Of a stretch of DNA of 64,000 nt, positions 51,655-63,850 are shown in pieces. The notes beneath the pieces were generated by a model that saw nothing but the letters and a program-made list of their open reading frames with translations, had not been told where the DNA came from and made no database searches. Position 1 is the first letter of the stretch. Every line of letters begins with the position of its first letter. Made by a program: the position numbers and the translations under genes. Origin of the DNA: Octopus vulgaris (lineage: Eukaryota); assembly GCA_951406725.2 (NCBI GenBank), contig OX597823.1, positions 5,518,001 through 5,582,000 of the forward strand. Direction: 5' to 3'.

Positions 51655-51864
51655 TGGTCCATGCTGATCTTGTCAATTATTCTTGCAGTTTTGCTGTGTA
51701 GTTTAAGCCTGACTGAATTGGGAGGCCAGTATATGTACGGTCTATGGGTCGTTCTTTTATACCTCACATTTCCTGGTACCTTTGCTCTATTACCAGCAGC
51801 AACACATCGCTATTTTGGAAAGAGATATTATTTAATCATTTATGGAATGCTGTTCTCTACACAC
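51655..51864 (+). CDS. OxlT-like MFS transporter exon (TM9-11)
   Basis: tttcAG|TGG ... CAC|GTaagt; WSMLILSIILAVLLCSLSLTELGGQYMYGLWVVLLYLTFPGTFALLPAATHRYFGKRYYLIIYGMLFSTH. Confidence 0.94.
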
Positions 51865-53455
51865 GTAAGTAATTCTTTCATTTCTTTGATGTAGTTCATG
51901 TTTACAAAGTTTCTGTCATTTCACCTTGTGGCTTGTAGTTTAATTTACATGCTGTCTTCCTCCTGGAAATGAACATTGCTTGAATATGGTGACAAGTTTA
52001 CAACTATCCCATGATGTCAAGACAAGGATACATACAAACATATATTCATGCATATGCATATATATACAACAGGCTTCTTTCAACTTTTATTTGCCAAATC
52101 CCCCTCACAAGACTTTGGTCAGCCAGGGACTAGAGTAGCAGACACATGTCCAAAGTGTCATGCAAATAGTTGAGGAGCAAGAATTTCAAACAAACAGCCA
52201 TGCCTGCACCCTAGCATAGGACAAAGTGCCTTATGATATTTATTCCAAACAACATGGCTTGAGAGAGTTCTTTAGTCTTGCTGACACCCAAACAACATCT
52301 GTAGTGCAATGAAAAATATACCTAGTACACTTTGCAAGTGGTTGGTGTTAGGAAATGCATCCAATTGTAGAAACCATACCAAAACTGAGATATTGGAGCA
52401 AGACATGGTTCTCTGGCCTGTTGGATTCTATCAAATCACCCAGCTTATACCAGCATAGAAAAATAGATGTAAAAATGATGGCGATTGTACACAGGTGTGT
52501 GTGTGTGCTTCCTTGCTTAAAACATTTTCTTCTCAGTCGTGTCTTTGACTGTAGTCTCAAATTGATGCAAATCTTGTAAGCAGAACTGGATAGAATTGAA
52601 ACTGTGGTGCTGTGATGAATGCTTTCTACATGGTCTTGAGTGTTAGCCTTAAACCTTTGTTTTATTTAATACTACTGCCTGGCCCTTGATACTTTTCACA
52701 TGATCATGTGACCAACCAGACTATTACATATTGCTACACATTGCTGGTCAAAATGCACTTTGCATCATTTGAAAGATACCACCCCACTGGCTAGGCATGC
52801 AGGCCAACATTCACCACTAATTGAAAGGGGAACTGGAGCAATATGAAATGAGGTGTTTTGCTCAAGTACATAATGTGCTGCCTGATTTTGGCAGTATGTT
52901 GGGAATTGAATCTACAATCTAGCAATCATGACTACAACACCTTAACCACTAGGCCATGTACCTTTGCTAATGCTTTTAGTGAAGTCAAATCACACACACA
53001 CACCTACTGCAGTATCGCTTGGTTCTTTTTCTTTGTCTTGTAAGTTACTCAGCAACCATGAGTGCTGGTGACATGAGAAAAGTACCCAGTACACACTGTA
53101 AAGCATTAGGAAAGCCACCCAGCCATAGAAACCATGCCTAGGTAGATACAGGAGCTCAATGTAATTTCACTGGTTTGGATTTTGTTAAACCATCTAATCC
53201 ATACCAGTATGGAAGATGGATGTTACATGATGTTGATGAAGAACTCCATTATAAGTATCCTAACAGGTTTCTTGTCTGAAGATAACCTATAACTTTACTT
53301 TTTTTTTTTTCTTCCCCAACCTCCTAGTCTTGGAGGACTCTGCAAAATTTTAATATTTCCTTTTTAACTTCTATGCCATTAAAATGTATAAAATAATTAA
53401 AAATGAATAATAATCTGGATGAGGTTTATGATGATTCTCTTGCTTCTTTCTACAG

Positions 53456-53555
53456 GTAGTTAGTGGTTCAGTTGGATGTTTACTTGCAATCAAACTGAAA
53501 CCAATTCTTGAATGGCATGGAATGTTCCTTCTCTCTGGTGGTATGGCAGCTGTTT
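53456..53555 (+). CDS. OxlT-like MFS transporter exon (TM11-12)
   Basis: ctacAG|GTA ... T|GTaagt; VVSGSVGCLLAIKLKPILEWHGMFLLSGGMAAV(C). Confidence 0.9.
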
Positions 53556-55559
53556 GTAAGTTTATCTATTCTCTATTGATTCTTTTAAACCTTACAAACA
53601 AAGAAAGCTTTACAATCATTGCCATTTTAATTTCTTTTTCCCATGCCATCATGAAATTGAATGAGTCCACTGATTGAAATGTCACCATATGATATTGTAT
53701 CATCTCATCTGTGAACACCTATCTTTGAAACCCAGTCTTTGGATACGAACAATGCACATATCCTTATAACACTGATTTTTTTTTCTTCATCTTGGCATGT
53801 GTGGATTGTTTCTATACACAACACTTTTCTATGTGTCTCAATATTTTATATAATCTCATTCAAAGATGTGCAAATCATATCATTATGAAAAAATACATAC
53901 ACATTATCATTATTGTGTTAATGTCCACTTTTCCATGCTTGTATGAGTCAAATTATGTTTATTGAGTTAACCCTCACATTTTCTATGAGAGATAACAATT
54001 CCCCATGGCCAGACATGTTTACACAGATATTAGAAATGAATGACAGGGATACTCATTTACAACAATTGTGTAGCATCAAGAGAAGTAAACACACACACAT
54101 TCTCATAAATGATTAGCTTTTTCAGTTTCTGTTTATGAAATGCACTCAAAATGCTTTGGTCAAGCTGGGACTATAGTAGATGACACTTGCCTAAGGTGCT
54201 GCGCAGTGAGACTGAACCCCAAACCATGTGGTTGGGAAGCAAACTTCTTAGCCATTGTATTTTCTCTCTTTACTTGGTTCAGTCTGTTCAGCTGACGTCA
54301 GTTTCACTCTAATATCATGTTGACAATTTGGAGAGATCCTATCGGTTTCCTCCAAATGAAGATTCCAAATGTCCAATGGAACTATGCTCCATATGTTATA
54401 GTGTAAAGTGGCTGAGTATTCCACAGACACTTGTAAACTTATTGCAGTCTTTCAGTGTACTCACTGCAAAGAGAGAGGATGGAACACTTTAGTAGTGTAA
54501 CATAGGTTTTGACTGCTCTATGTGGTTTTTACACCCTATGCTATGCCACTCCAATAGTCCAGTCGTATAGCATGGGTTTTGTCTATCCTGTGCAGGAACC
54601 AACTTAACACCTACTTGCTTAAATGTAACATATTGTTGATCACAGCAAACATAAACTGGCTGTGTTGTGTGGTTCACATGCCACAAGCTATGCCAGTGGA
54701 ATTCATTTTAAATTTAATGATGAATATATAACTTGTCTGGTAAATAGGATTGCCTACTGGATTATAGTGTGAGTGGTTGAGTATTCCACAGACATACAAG
54801 ACTGGGTCCTTTCAATTACACCTTCTCTCCCAATTTCAAAGGTTTATGGTGACCTGTATCTACTAGTAAAAATACACTTGCTGAAGGTGGCGCAATGGGA
54901 ATTTTCTTTTTATACCTTTTAATCAAGAGAAAAGGTTGTATTCATGACTCTTCAAAGGCTAATGGAAGGGAGGGAAGAAGGAAGATATCATGAGTATGGA
55001 AATTTAGCCCAAATACTTACAACTCTGCTTAATGTGCCATGTGTTAAACTGGGTGAAGGATTACATCTACCACCTAAGGGTTAAGTCTGATACCTTAGTT
55101 AAGCTTACCACTAAGAATGTGGAAATTTATGATTAAAAAGTTAACTTCTTAACCTCTTTGCCATACACCCACATAATAGCAGAAAGAAATCTTGCAGTAA
55201 AAATGGCTTCCCCAGTTGCATGCAGATAATCAAATCTGTAATAACCAGGTTACACTAAAGAACTAACCATTGCCCATGAATGAGATTGGCTTGGTAACAT
55301 GTACATTGTTTTTGCTGGAAGAAGAGAGGTTCTCAAACTAGAAACCTGACCTGAAAGCTTGCAATAGGGTGGATTCTGCTAAAAGTACCGAAGTTGCCAG
55401 ATGTTAGCAGAAGTTAAATCTATCAATCCTCATTATTGTTTTAACATCCACTTTTCCATGTTTGCATATGTTACACAGAATTCATTGAGCCAGATTTACT
55501 GCAGCAAGATATCCTTCCGGATACTAGCCCTCACTTTTCTGAGCAAGGAAATATTTCCC

Positions 55560-56027
55560 CATGACATATAAGAGGTGCAGCAATATCAAAGAAAGGTTAA
55601 CAGGGAAGATAGATTTTATGTGTGGAAGTTGCACTGGTATAATAAATACGAAAAACGTACAGAAAATACATTCCATTACATACCAGAGGAGAAAACTAGA
55701 AGTAGTTGATAGTTTCTGTTACCTAGGTGACCAAGTCAATAGCAGGAGTGGATGCTCTGAGAGCATAGCTGCTAGAATAAGTTCAAAGAGCTCCTTCCTC
55801 TGTTGGTAACAAAGGGCTCTTGCTGAATAAAAAGCAGACTGTATGATGCCTGTGTGCAAACAGCCATGCTACATGGCAGTGAAACATGAGCTATGACTGC
55901 TGAGGACATGTGTAGGCTTGTAAGAAATGAAGCTAGTATGCTCCGCTGGATGAGTAATGTCAGTGTTCATGCATGACAGAGTATAAGTGCCCTGAGAGAA
56001 AAGTTGGATATAAGAAGCATCAGATGT
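55560..56027 (+). mobile_element. RTE fragment (half of the PHD-like finger and C-terminus)
   Basis: KRCSNIK...CGSC, EVVDSFCYLGDQV, AMLHGSET. Confidence 0.85.
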
Positions 56028-56039
56028 ATCAATCTAATG

Positions 56040-56519
56040 CATTTCAATCTGTTTTAGGGTTAGGGTGAGTTAAGGTTAGGGGGGGAGGGTATCTTTTTTT
56101 TATCGCAAATGTAAATAAACCCAATCTGTTTCTTAAAGGAGGGACATATTCATACAGCATGGAATGTTGTTTACCTAAATGGACGTATTTGATTGGTTAA
56201 AATTGCCGAAATGCTCGATTTTAAAGTGGAAATATCTTACAAACTATAGAATTTTCTCAATAAAGCCAAGAAAAAAATGATGTTTTATAAACACATTCTA
56301 CCAGTATACGAAGTTTAAAAGTGTTTAGTTAACTAGAAATTGTGTTGAAAACTGCCATTCAAAAGGAAAAGATCCTAATTAAAATCTAAAAAAATATAAA
56401 CACCTATTGGCCACAGAAACTCATGATATACTGAGGAGTCTGTGATATAAATTTACTTATATTAGCCAGAAAAATCCGAGTGTGTGATAGGTGAACCGCG
56501 ATATGGCAAGGGATTACTG
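56040..56519. mobile_element. Partial MITE with GGTTAG repeats (ends ...GAAAAGATCC near 56375) followed by a Tigger-type right end
   Basis: gaaccgcgatatggcaagggattactg is the reverse complement of a CAGTAATCCCT.. Tigger-like TIR; only one end of each element is visible. Confidence 0.55.
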
Positions 56520-57270
56520 TGTATATATAATCATGCAATGGGACTGAATTTGAAACCACGTGGTTGAGAAACAAGATTCTTAATCACAGAGCTACGAAAC
56601 ACACACATAACTCCATTGTGTATCTATTCATGATAGGGCACATGTTTAATTGAAGTATGAGATAAAATGGTTGAAAAACACTTGTTTAAATCTATTGGAA
56701 GAGTAAGATGAAGGGATAGTGTATATGTTCCTTATCATAACATTCCTTTTACGATAGTAGCATGAGTTAGATAAATCTGTAGTATGGCATTTCATCATTA
56801 GTCTCCACACTTTATCGCTTCTATTATCAACGTTCATGCTATTTACATTCAGCATTCACTATCCTTTTGCACCCTTGCAGTTGTCTCCCTTGCATATGCA
56901 AGCTGCTGTCTTTAGCTCAATTAAATCCCTTGATACTTTACATCTTGTGTATTCTACTCACGTTATTTCTTTTCAGCCTTTCTGATTTTTTTCCTAGGTT
57001 AATATCTGGGTGTCATTACCATGCAGCATTTTACCATCTTTCTTACACGTTTTTGTCTCACAGTTTGCTTGTACAATATGCCTACAACTATCCATATATT
57101 ATACTACCTAAATCTGCAAAGGCTTATTTCAAAAGGTGTCATCTGTTAACCATGATCCAAATTTTCTTGTGCCTGTCCTTACACTGAATAATTCTTTAAA
57201 TTAATTCAGTGATATTCTGAAGTGTATTTATCTAAGTGTTACTACATATGTATTTTTTCTATTTGTTTAG

Positions 57271-57317
57271 GTATGGTGTTCACTCTAATGTACAATGAGA
57301 AATGCAAAGAGAAGTAA
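57271..57317 (+). CDS. OxlT-like MFS transporter, last coding exon
   Basis: gtttAG|GT ATG...; (C)MVFTLMYNEKCKEK-TAA; phase 1 matches the previous exon. Confidence 0.85.
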
Positions 57318-57780
57318 AATTATCAGAAAATTCTCTCCTCATTCAAATCATTCTCTAATATCTGCCAGTATGTTAAAATCTGGTATGCTCTATGTAAGCT
57401 AATAATGGATTCCTCGTTAGGGTGATGTAATCATGTATTTTGAGATTATTTAAAAACTGGACAAAAAATACCCTACTTAAGCAAGGGAAGAGAAAAATGG
57501 TGAAAATTAAAATTGTGACAATCTCCCATGATATTCATGAGATTAAAACATAAACAATTGAGAATGAAACTAGACGGTGTACAGAACAGGGATTAGTTAA
57601 CACATAAGAGGCTGAGACGAATATAATGAAAAAATAAAATATCATGACTAATTTAATCTTAAAGAAGTTTTAATTTTGTGGGGCTGTGATCAGATAACCA
57701 AAATTACAACTACAATTCAATATTGACTGATAAATCTAATTCCTGTGTTGGTTTCATCTTAGTTTATGAATTGTATGTAA

Positions 57781-57796
57781 AATAAACTTCATTAAA
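57781..57796 (+). terminator. Candidate polyadenylation signal of the transporter gene
   Basis: AATAAA at 57781, ATTAAA at 57791, then T- and GT-rich downstream sequence. Confidence 0.55.
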
Positions 57797-58257
57797 TTTA
57801 TTTTTTGAGTTTCTCCAAAGTGTTTGTGGTTTATGGTGGTTTTGTTATTTATATTATTACAAATATTGATGACAGCATGATTATCTTCATTGGTAATCTT
57901 ATACTGGGATAATACTTATTTAAAGGTTTCTAGTTCTGGGAGGCAGGTAAGAGACTTGCATGGGGTATCACATAGTGGGACTGAACCTGAAACCATGTGG
58001 TTGGGAAGCAAACCTTTTAACTCAAAAAGCTGTGCTTATGTGTATGACAATAAAGACAATTACTTACCAAAAAAACCTAAGCAATAGTCTTACATATTTT
58101 TTTATAAATTTGTAGCTTTAAAATGGTTCTTTTAAATTTCCATATAAGTGCTCAAGTAAATTTTCCTTTTTATTTGTGTTTATAATTGAGAACTACTGAT
58201 CTATCTTTTTCATTGTATAATTGCATTGCTAATCAAAATACAAATGTGAAAACTCAG

Positions 58258-58259
<2 letters not shown>

Positions 58260-58298
<39 letters not shown>

Positions 58299-58585
58299 TG
58301 TGCACAGTGCTCAGGTGCACTACAACTCATCTAAAGTGTATATATAATCAGGTGTAGTTTCGGCGGATTTCGGAAAGCATGAGGGCCTTAAAGGATGCAG
58401 TGTCATGGCAGTCAACAACTGACGCAGGCAGTTTATTCCATGCTTCAGCAACTCTGAGCGTGAAAAAATGTTTCCGAAAGTCATGGGAGCTGTGTTGTTT
58501 TCTGACTTTGTAGGCATGTCCACGTGTGTTAGACACATGGAGATCAAAAAGGTGTTCAGTGTTGTTGTTGGTGAGGTGGTTGATT
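58260..58585 (-). mobile_element. CR1 LINE 3' end with (TTA)n tail
   Basis: NTRGHAYK...RKHFFTLRVAEAWNKLP; (ATA)n at 58260-58298. Confidence 0.88.
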
Positions 58586-59182
58586 CAAATTCAATTCATT
58601 TTGATATCTCAATCAATGTGTGTGGATGTGTTTGTGAGTAGGAGCAACTGAGAGGAAGATTTGTGTGTGTGTGTAAGCTAAAAACAGTGTGAAGCACATT
58701 GTAACCACCAATGTATAACATCCCATAGTCTGACTGATACTGTGACATATATACATATGTCTATAGGTATGGATTTGTTTGACAGAAAATGAAGGAGCAA
58801 GTCATCTGCTTTTCCATACTTTTGTGGGTATGACAGACTTCTTTCAGACAAATTTTCTGCAACCCAGATGCTGTTTCTATCAACAACCCTAACTTGTTTC
58901 GAAGTAAAGTAATATTTCCTCATGTAGGACATGTTTTCATGAGAGACTGGAAACAAAGAACTCTGATTGTATGACTACAACACTTGTTTTTAGCTATCCT
59001 GTGACGTCAAGATATGGAAGCCCAAACACACATGCATTATGTATATATAGGCAATAGACTTCTTTCAGTTTCTGCTTACAAAATGCACTTACAAGGTTCT
59101 TGCCCAAAGTGCTACACAGAGTGACTAAGTTCCAAACCATATGGTTGGGAAGGAAACTTAACTGCACAATGATACTTGCACC

Positions 59183-59213
<31 letters not shown>

Positions 59214-59214
59214 C

Positions 59215-60038
59215 ATGCTTTAGGTAGAAATAACTACAGGGGTATCAAACTACTGGATCAGGTGATGAAGGTCACAGAGAGGGTCATAGCCCAACTAATT
59301 AGGGAGAGAGTCTGCTTAGATGCAGTTCAGTTCTGTGCGAGGTAGAAGCACCACTGATGCTATATTCCTGGTATGGCAACTGCAGGAGAAATACCTAGCC
59401 AAAGATAAACCCCTATACTTGGCTTTTGTTGACTTGGAGAAAGCCTTTGACAGGGTTTCCCAATCCCTTATCTGGTGGGTGATGCAGAAACTGGGGATTG
59501 ACAAGTGGTTAATAAGAGCTGTACAGGCCTTGTACAGGGATGCTGTTAGTAAGGTAAGGTTTGGTAATGTGTCCGGGTAGAAGTAGGGGTCGACCAAGGA
59601 TCCGGAATCACTACCAGAATTAGAGAAGAAATTTCAGGTGTGGAAGCAAAGTTTAGAATCAAAGGAACTTAGAGTCAATGCTGCAAAAACCAAAGTCCTC
59701 GTAAGTAGGAAGGCGTACACATCACAAACCCTTTCATGTAGATGGCCCTGCTCGATCTGTAGAAAAGGTGTAGGTAGAAACTTCATAAGATGTATCCAAT
59801 GTAAACTATGGACACATAAGAGGTGCAGCAACATCAAAGGAAGGTTAACCGGGAAGATAGCTTTTGTGTGTGGCAGATGCACAGGGGCAATAAACACTGC
59901 AGATGCTCAGAAAACAGATTCCATCACATGCCAGGAGGAGAAATTAGAAGTAGTTGATAGCTTCCGCTACCTAGATGACCAAGTCTATAGTTGGGGTGGA
60001 CTCAGAGAGCATTGCCACTAGAATAAGAATAGCCTGGG
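59215..60038 (+). mobile_element. RTE fragment (RT part + PHD-like finger)
   Basis: NYRGIKLL, FVDLEKAFD, WPCSICRKG..CIQC..HKRC..CGRC; begins in a (TA)n run. Confidence 0.9.
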
Positions 60039-60779
60039 CTGGTGTGAGAGTGATAGTAGGCATAGAGACAGTGAGGATAGTGGCAGAGAGAGAGGGAGAG
60101 AATGATATTTAAGGAAAGTTGATGATGTGTTATTAAAAGTAGTAGTGCAATGGGAGTAATAAAAGAGAGAGAGAGAGTGGGTATGTGAGAGAAAGAGGGA
60201 GATGATGTACAACTTTCCTGGATAAATTCCTGTGGCCAGCATACTGTACCAACTACTGAATGCTATCATTTTTGTTTTTTTTTTGCTTTCTTTAATAAAT
60301 ACATATATATGTGTGTGTGTACACATATACATACACACACACACACACACACAGATATATATAAAATACACTTCAAATGAAATACAGTTTTCCCCAAAAT
60401 TAAACATGTCTCATATAATAAATGTGAATGTCAGTGTGTCACACTTTTCTTTATTCCTAAAGGCCGTAGCCCAACATAGACCAGTTTGAAATCAGGCTGA
60501 CTCTGTGAGTAAATTAAGAACATTCTGAACTGAATCCAGACCAGCAATCCTGAAAATTTGGTTTCCTATGTTTTCATTAATGCAATTTTTTTTTTCACAT
60601 GATTTTTAGCAACGAATACGATCATCATTGGGATATGACTCTGGAGGAATCAATTGCAACAAATTCTCCAAAACAAGCCAGAGGTTTGTTTGCAGATCTT
60701 TCCAATTGGGGTTAGTTGCTTAAAAGCTACATACTTGCTTAAAAGCCACCCTATCAAGTGGCTTTTAAGCTAGTCCACA

Positions 60780-60935
60780 CCAAAAATATGAGTAAGAGAA
60801 GCAGCAAAGTACAGAGAAAAGAGAGTTGGGGCAAGGATGTCACCCTGCTTGACACCATTCTCTACAGGAATGGGTCCTGCCATGCCACCACCAACTTTGA
60901 CCCAAGCCTCCATCCCATCATGAAACACATTCGAT
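60780..60935 (-). mobile_element. Old BovB-like RTE RT fragment
   Basis: Minus-strand translation FHDGMEAWVKVGGGMAGPIPVENGVKQGDILAPTLFSLYFAA. Confidence 0.8.
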
Positions 60936-61629
60936 AATTTAGTGCGAGTAAATGAAGCATTAAATTTAATTCAACAACAGAAAAAAAAAGAAAGAAAGAA
61001 TAACATATAATGGCGGTGCCCCAGCATGGCCACAGCTCACTGGAAAACATAACATATATTCTAAATGGGTTATATAACCTAAAAATCAGAAATATTCAAA
61101 TTCCTAAATATTTTCTTTTTATATTGTCGTAGGTTAAACAGAAATTATAAAGAATATTTTATCCTGTCTTCCAAATTCATGTTGGCAATGCAATAATATT
61201 AATTAGGACGAAATTATATACTTTTCTGTGTCGTTCAAAGGGTATAAAAAGTTTTTTAAAATAACTAAAAATGTACTTACTTCTTTTTTTAGTAAACTAA
61301 ATATTAGCTAATTAGAAATAATATAATCACCATATACACCTTCAAAAAGTTTCTTAAGCAAAATTTCATTTAAAAATACGAATTATTAAGGAAATTATCA
61401 AGAAATGAAATTGAGAGAATGGGTGCCCCAAACTGTAGTTACGCTTTTAATTATAAGACAAAGTATCAAACACTAAACTAAAACCTTCCCAGCTCGGTTA
61501 AACCAAATAATACCAGTTACTGGTTTACGTAGTTAATATTGGAGTATTGAACTCAAAGATGGTCTTCGAAAATTGGCCGATTCATTTAGATTTTTTCCGG
61601 AACTAAATAACTATGACATAACACAATGG

Positions 61630-61687
61630 ACATTAATTACAATGGACGGACAGGTGTCCTCACCTGTCCGTCCATTGTAATTAATGT
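61630..61687. repeat. Perfect hairpin, 27-bp arms, 4-nt loop
   Basis: ACATTAATTACAATGGACGGACAGGTG tcct CACCTGTCCGTCCATTGTAATTAATGT. Confidence 0.95.
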
Positions 61688-61959
61688 ACATAATTCCTTA
61701 TATAAAAAATATAGAATAGTATAACACATCGGGTATCAATCTTTTTTAGCTTTATAGAGGAACACTGGAACATAAAAAAGAAAACATCATCCATCCACTT
61801 AAATGGTTTTACGGTTAAAAAATATCGAATACTATTGCTTACCTTGTATTATTGTCATATATTTGCTTGTATATGACAAAAAAATGATGAAATAATTCAG
61901 TGTTGGTGACACTCAGACATCAAATATAGATTTTTTTCCCTAAAGTTTTAAATAATTTT

Positions 61960-62097
61960 TCAATTCCGCGCTTCACCATTTCAAAAGGTCGGAGTCGATC
62001 ACGTGATGTGTCGTCTGCTCTTTCCAGTTTGTTCAGAACCACGTGACAGTGTTGGACGCTCGGTCGGTTCTCCCCCCCTCTCTCTCTCTTTCTCTCC

Positions 62098-62156
<59 letters not shown>

Positions 62157-62220
62157 AGCGGAGTTAACCCTTCCTAACAATTTGCACAGCTGTAGTGTGT
62201 GCCGCCCCCGGAACCCCACG
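61960..62220. promoter_or_regulatory. Candidate CpG-rich promoter with two CACGTG E-boxes and a (CT)n tract
   Basis: Local CpG enrichment in apparently non-TE sequence; TCACGTGA 61999-62006, CACGTGAC 62040-62047; (CT)n about 62075-62154. Confidence 0.5.
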
Positions 62221-62221
62221 A

Positions 62222-62460
62222 AAAGCACATATTTCTTTATTACCCACAAGGGGTTAAACACAGAGGGGACAAACAAGGACAGACATAGGTATTAAGTCGA
62301 TTACATCAACCCCAGTGCGTAACTGGTACTTAATTTATCGACCCCGAAAGGATGAAAGGCAAAGTCGACCTCGGCGGAATTTGAACTCAGAACGCAACGG
62401 CAGACGAAATACCGCAAAGCATTTCGCCCGGCGTGCTAACGTTTCTGCCAACTTACCGCC
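62222..62460 (-). mobile_element. Young tRNA-derived SINE
   Basis: Minus-strand head GGCGG..TGGCAGAAACGTTAG (A box) and GAGTTCAAATTCC (B box); CpGs retained; decayed relatives at 3440-4680. Confidence 0.85.
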
Positions 62461-62863
62461 TCCACCCCCAATCAACTCCGCTAGTAATCAGACTGGTCAC
62501 CCGACCTGCTAGAGATAATAACCAAATATCTCCCAAATCACTCCCTTAACCGTCTTAAAAACTCCAAGTGGTGGTACATTGGATGACATAGTCTTAGATG
62601 CTCTGCCTGAAATAAAGACATGATGGTTATGGGGGATTGCGCTTTATTGTTCGTCTGTTAGTTCAAAGATCTCGCCATACTAATAACCTGTATGAGAGAA
62701 GACATTGTCCCCCCGTCTGCGTGACTACACGATACCCTGGAGACCAATTCCAACATTGCTGGCACATCGCTTGCCAAAACATTACACACTTTATTTTAAA
62801 AGTAAATAAGAGCATAAATAAAGTATTGAATTTAATTTCATAATAGAAAAAAAAAAAAAGATG

Positions 62864-63249
62864 TGGCTGTGTGGTAAGTAGCTTGCTTACCAAACATATG
62901 GTTCCGAGTTCAGTCCCACTGCGTGGCATCTTGGGCAAGTGTCTTCTGCTATAGCCCCGGGCCGACCAAAGCCTTGTGAGTGGATTTGGTAGACGGAAAC
63001 TGAAAGAAGCCTGTCGTATGTATGTACATATATATATATGTATGTGTGTGTGTGTTTGTCCCCCTAGCATTGCTTGACAACCGATGCTGGTGTGTTTACG
63101 TCCCCGTCACTTAGCGGTTCGGCAAAAGAGACCGATAGAATAAGTACTGGGCTTACAAAGAATAAGTCCCGGGGTCGATTTGCTCGACTAAAGGCGGCGC
63201 TCCAGCATGGCCACAGTCAAATGACTGAAACGAGTAAAAGAGTAAAAAG
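62864..63249 (+). mobile_element. Near full-length tRNA-derived SINE with internal microsatellite and LINE-like tail
   Basis: TGGCTGTGTGGTAAG A box, GAGTTCAGTCCC B box; tail ggcggcgctccagcatggccacagtc...(GAGTAAAA)n; many partial copies in the window. Confidence 0.9.
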
Positions 63250-63675
63250 TAAGAGCATAAATAAAGTATTGAATTTAATTTCATAATAGAAAAAAAAAAG
63301 ATGGAAGAATAACAACATGTTAACCTACAAATTGAAGATATTTAAAGTTTTAAATACTTGTGATTTACGTTGTCGGAGGTTAAACGGAAAAGAAAGTATT
63401 TTATCGTGTCCTCCAATTTCAGATTGATAATGAAATGATATCAATCAGGACAATGCCAAAGACATTTCTGTGTTGTTCGATGATTATTATCAAGTTATTA
63501 AAACAGCCAAAATAGTATTGTCTTTTTTTTCTTTCTGAGGAAAACAAAAAATCGATCAGAAATCGCATAATTGTCGTGTTACACCGTCGAAATGTTTCCT
63601 CAGAAAAATTTTATTTCAAGATGCGATTTATTGAGGAAATTATCTGGAAACAAAGTGGAGAGAATTGGTGCCCCA

Positions 63676-63850
63676 GACATGGCCAAGTGGTTAGAACAGC
63701 GCGGTCGAGAGATGGCGGGTTCGAATCTCAGACTGGGCGATGTGTGTGTGTTTTATGAGCGAAATACCTAAGATCCAGAGAAGATCCGGCAGAAGGTAAT
63801 GGCGAACTTATGAAACCCGTCCTTATGCGCCAGGCATGGCTCGAGAAGGA
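63676..63850 (+). mobile_element. tRNA-derived SINE fragment, another family
   Basis: TGGCCAAGTGGTTAG A box and GGGTTCGAATCTC B box, followed by non-tRNA sequence. Confidence 0.6.

Noticed and set aside
56053-56082. Interstitial telomere (TTAGGG)
   Set aside because: Only a few imperfect units inside a MITE-like repeat.
60440-60630. Minus-strand terminal exon (ttttcAG near 60550, AATAAA near 60450) or C/D snoRNA
   Set aside because: Short motifs expected by chance in AT-rich DNA next to an RTE remnant; no terminal stem or recognisable guide.
63676-63740. tRNA gene
   Set aside because: A and B boxes are present but no full cloverleaf or acceptor stem; it continues into SINE-like body.
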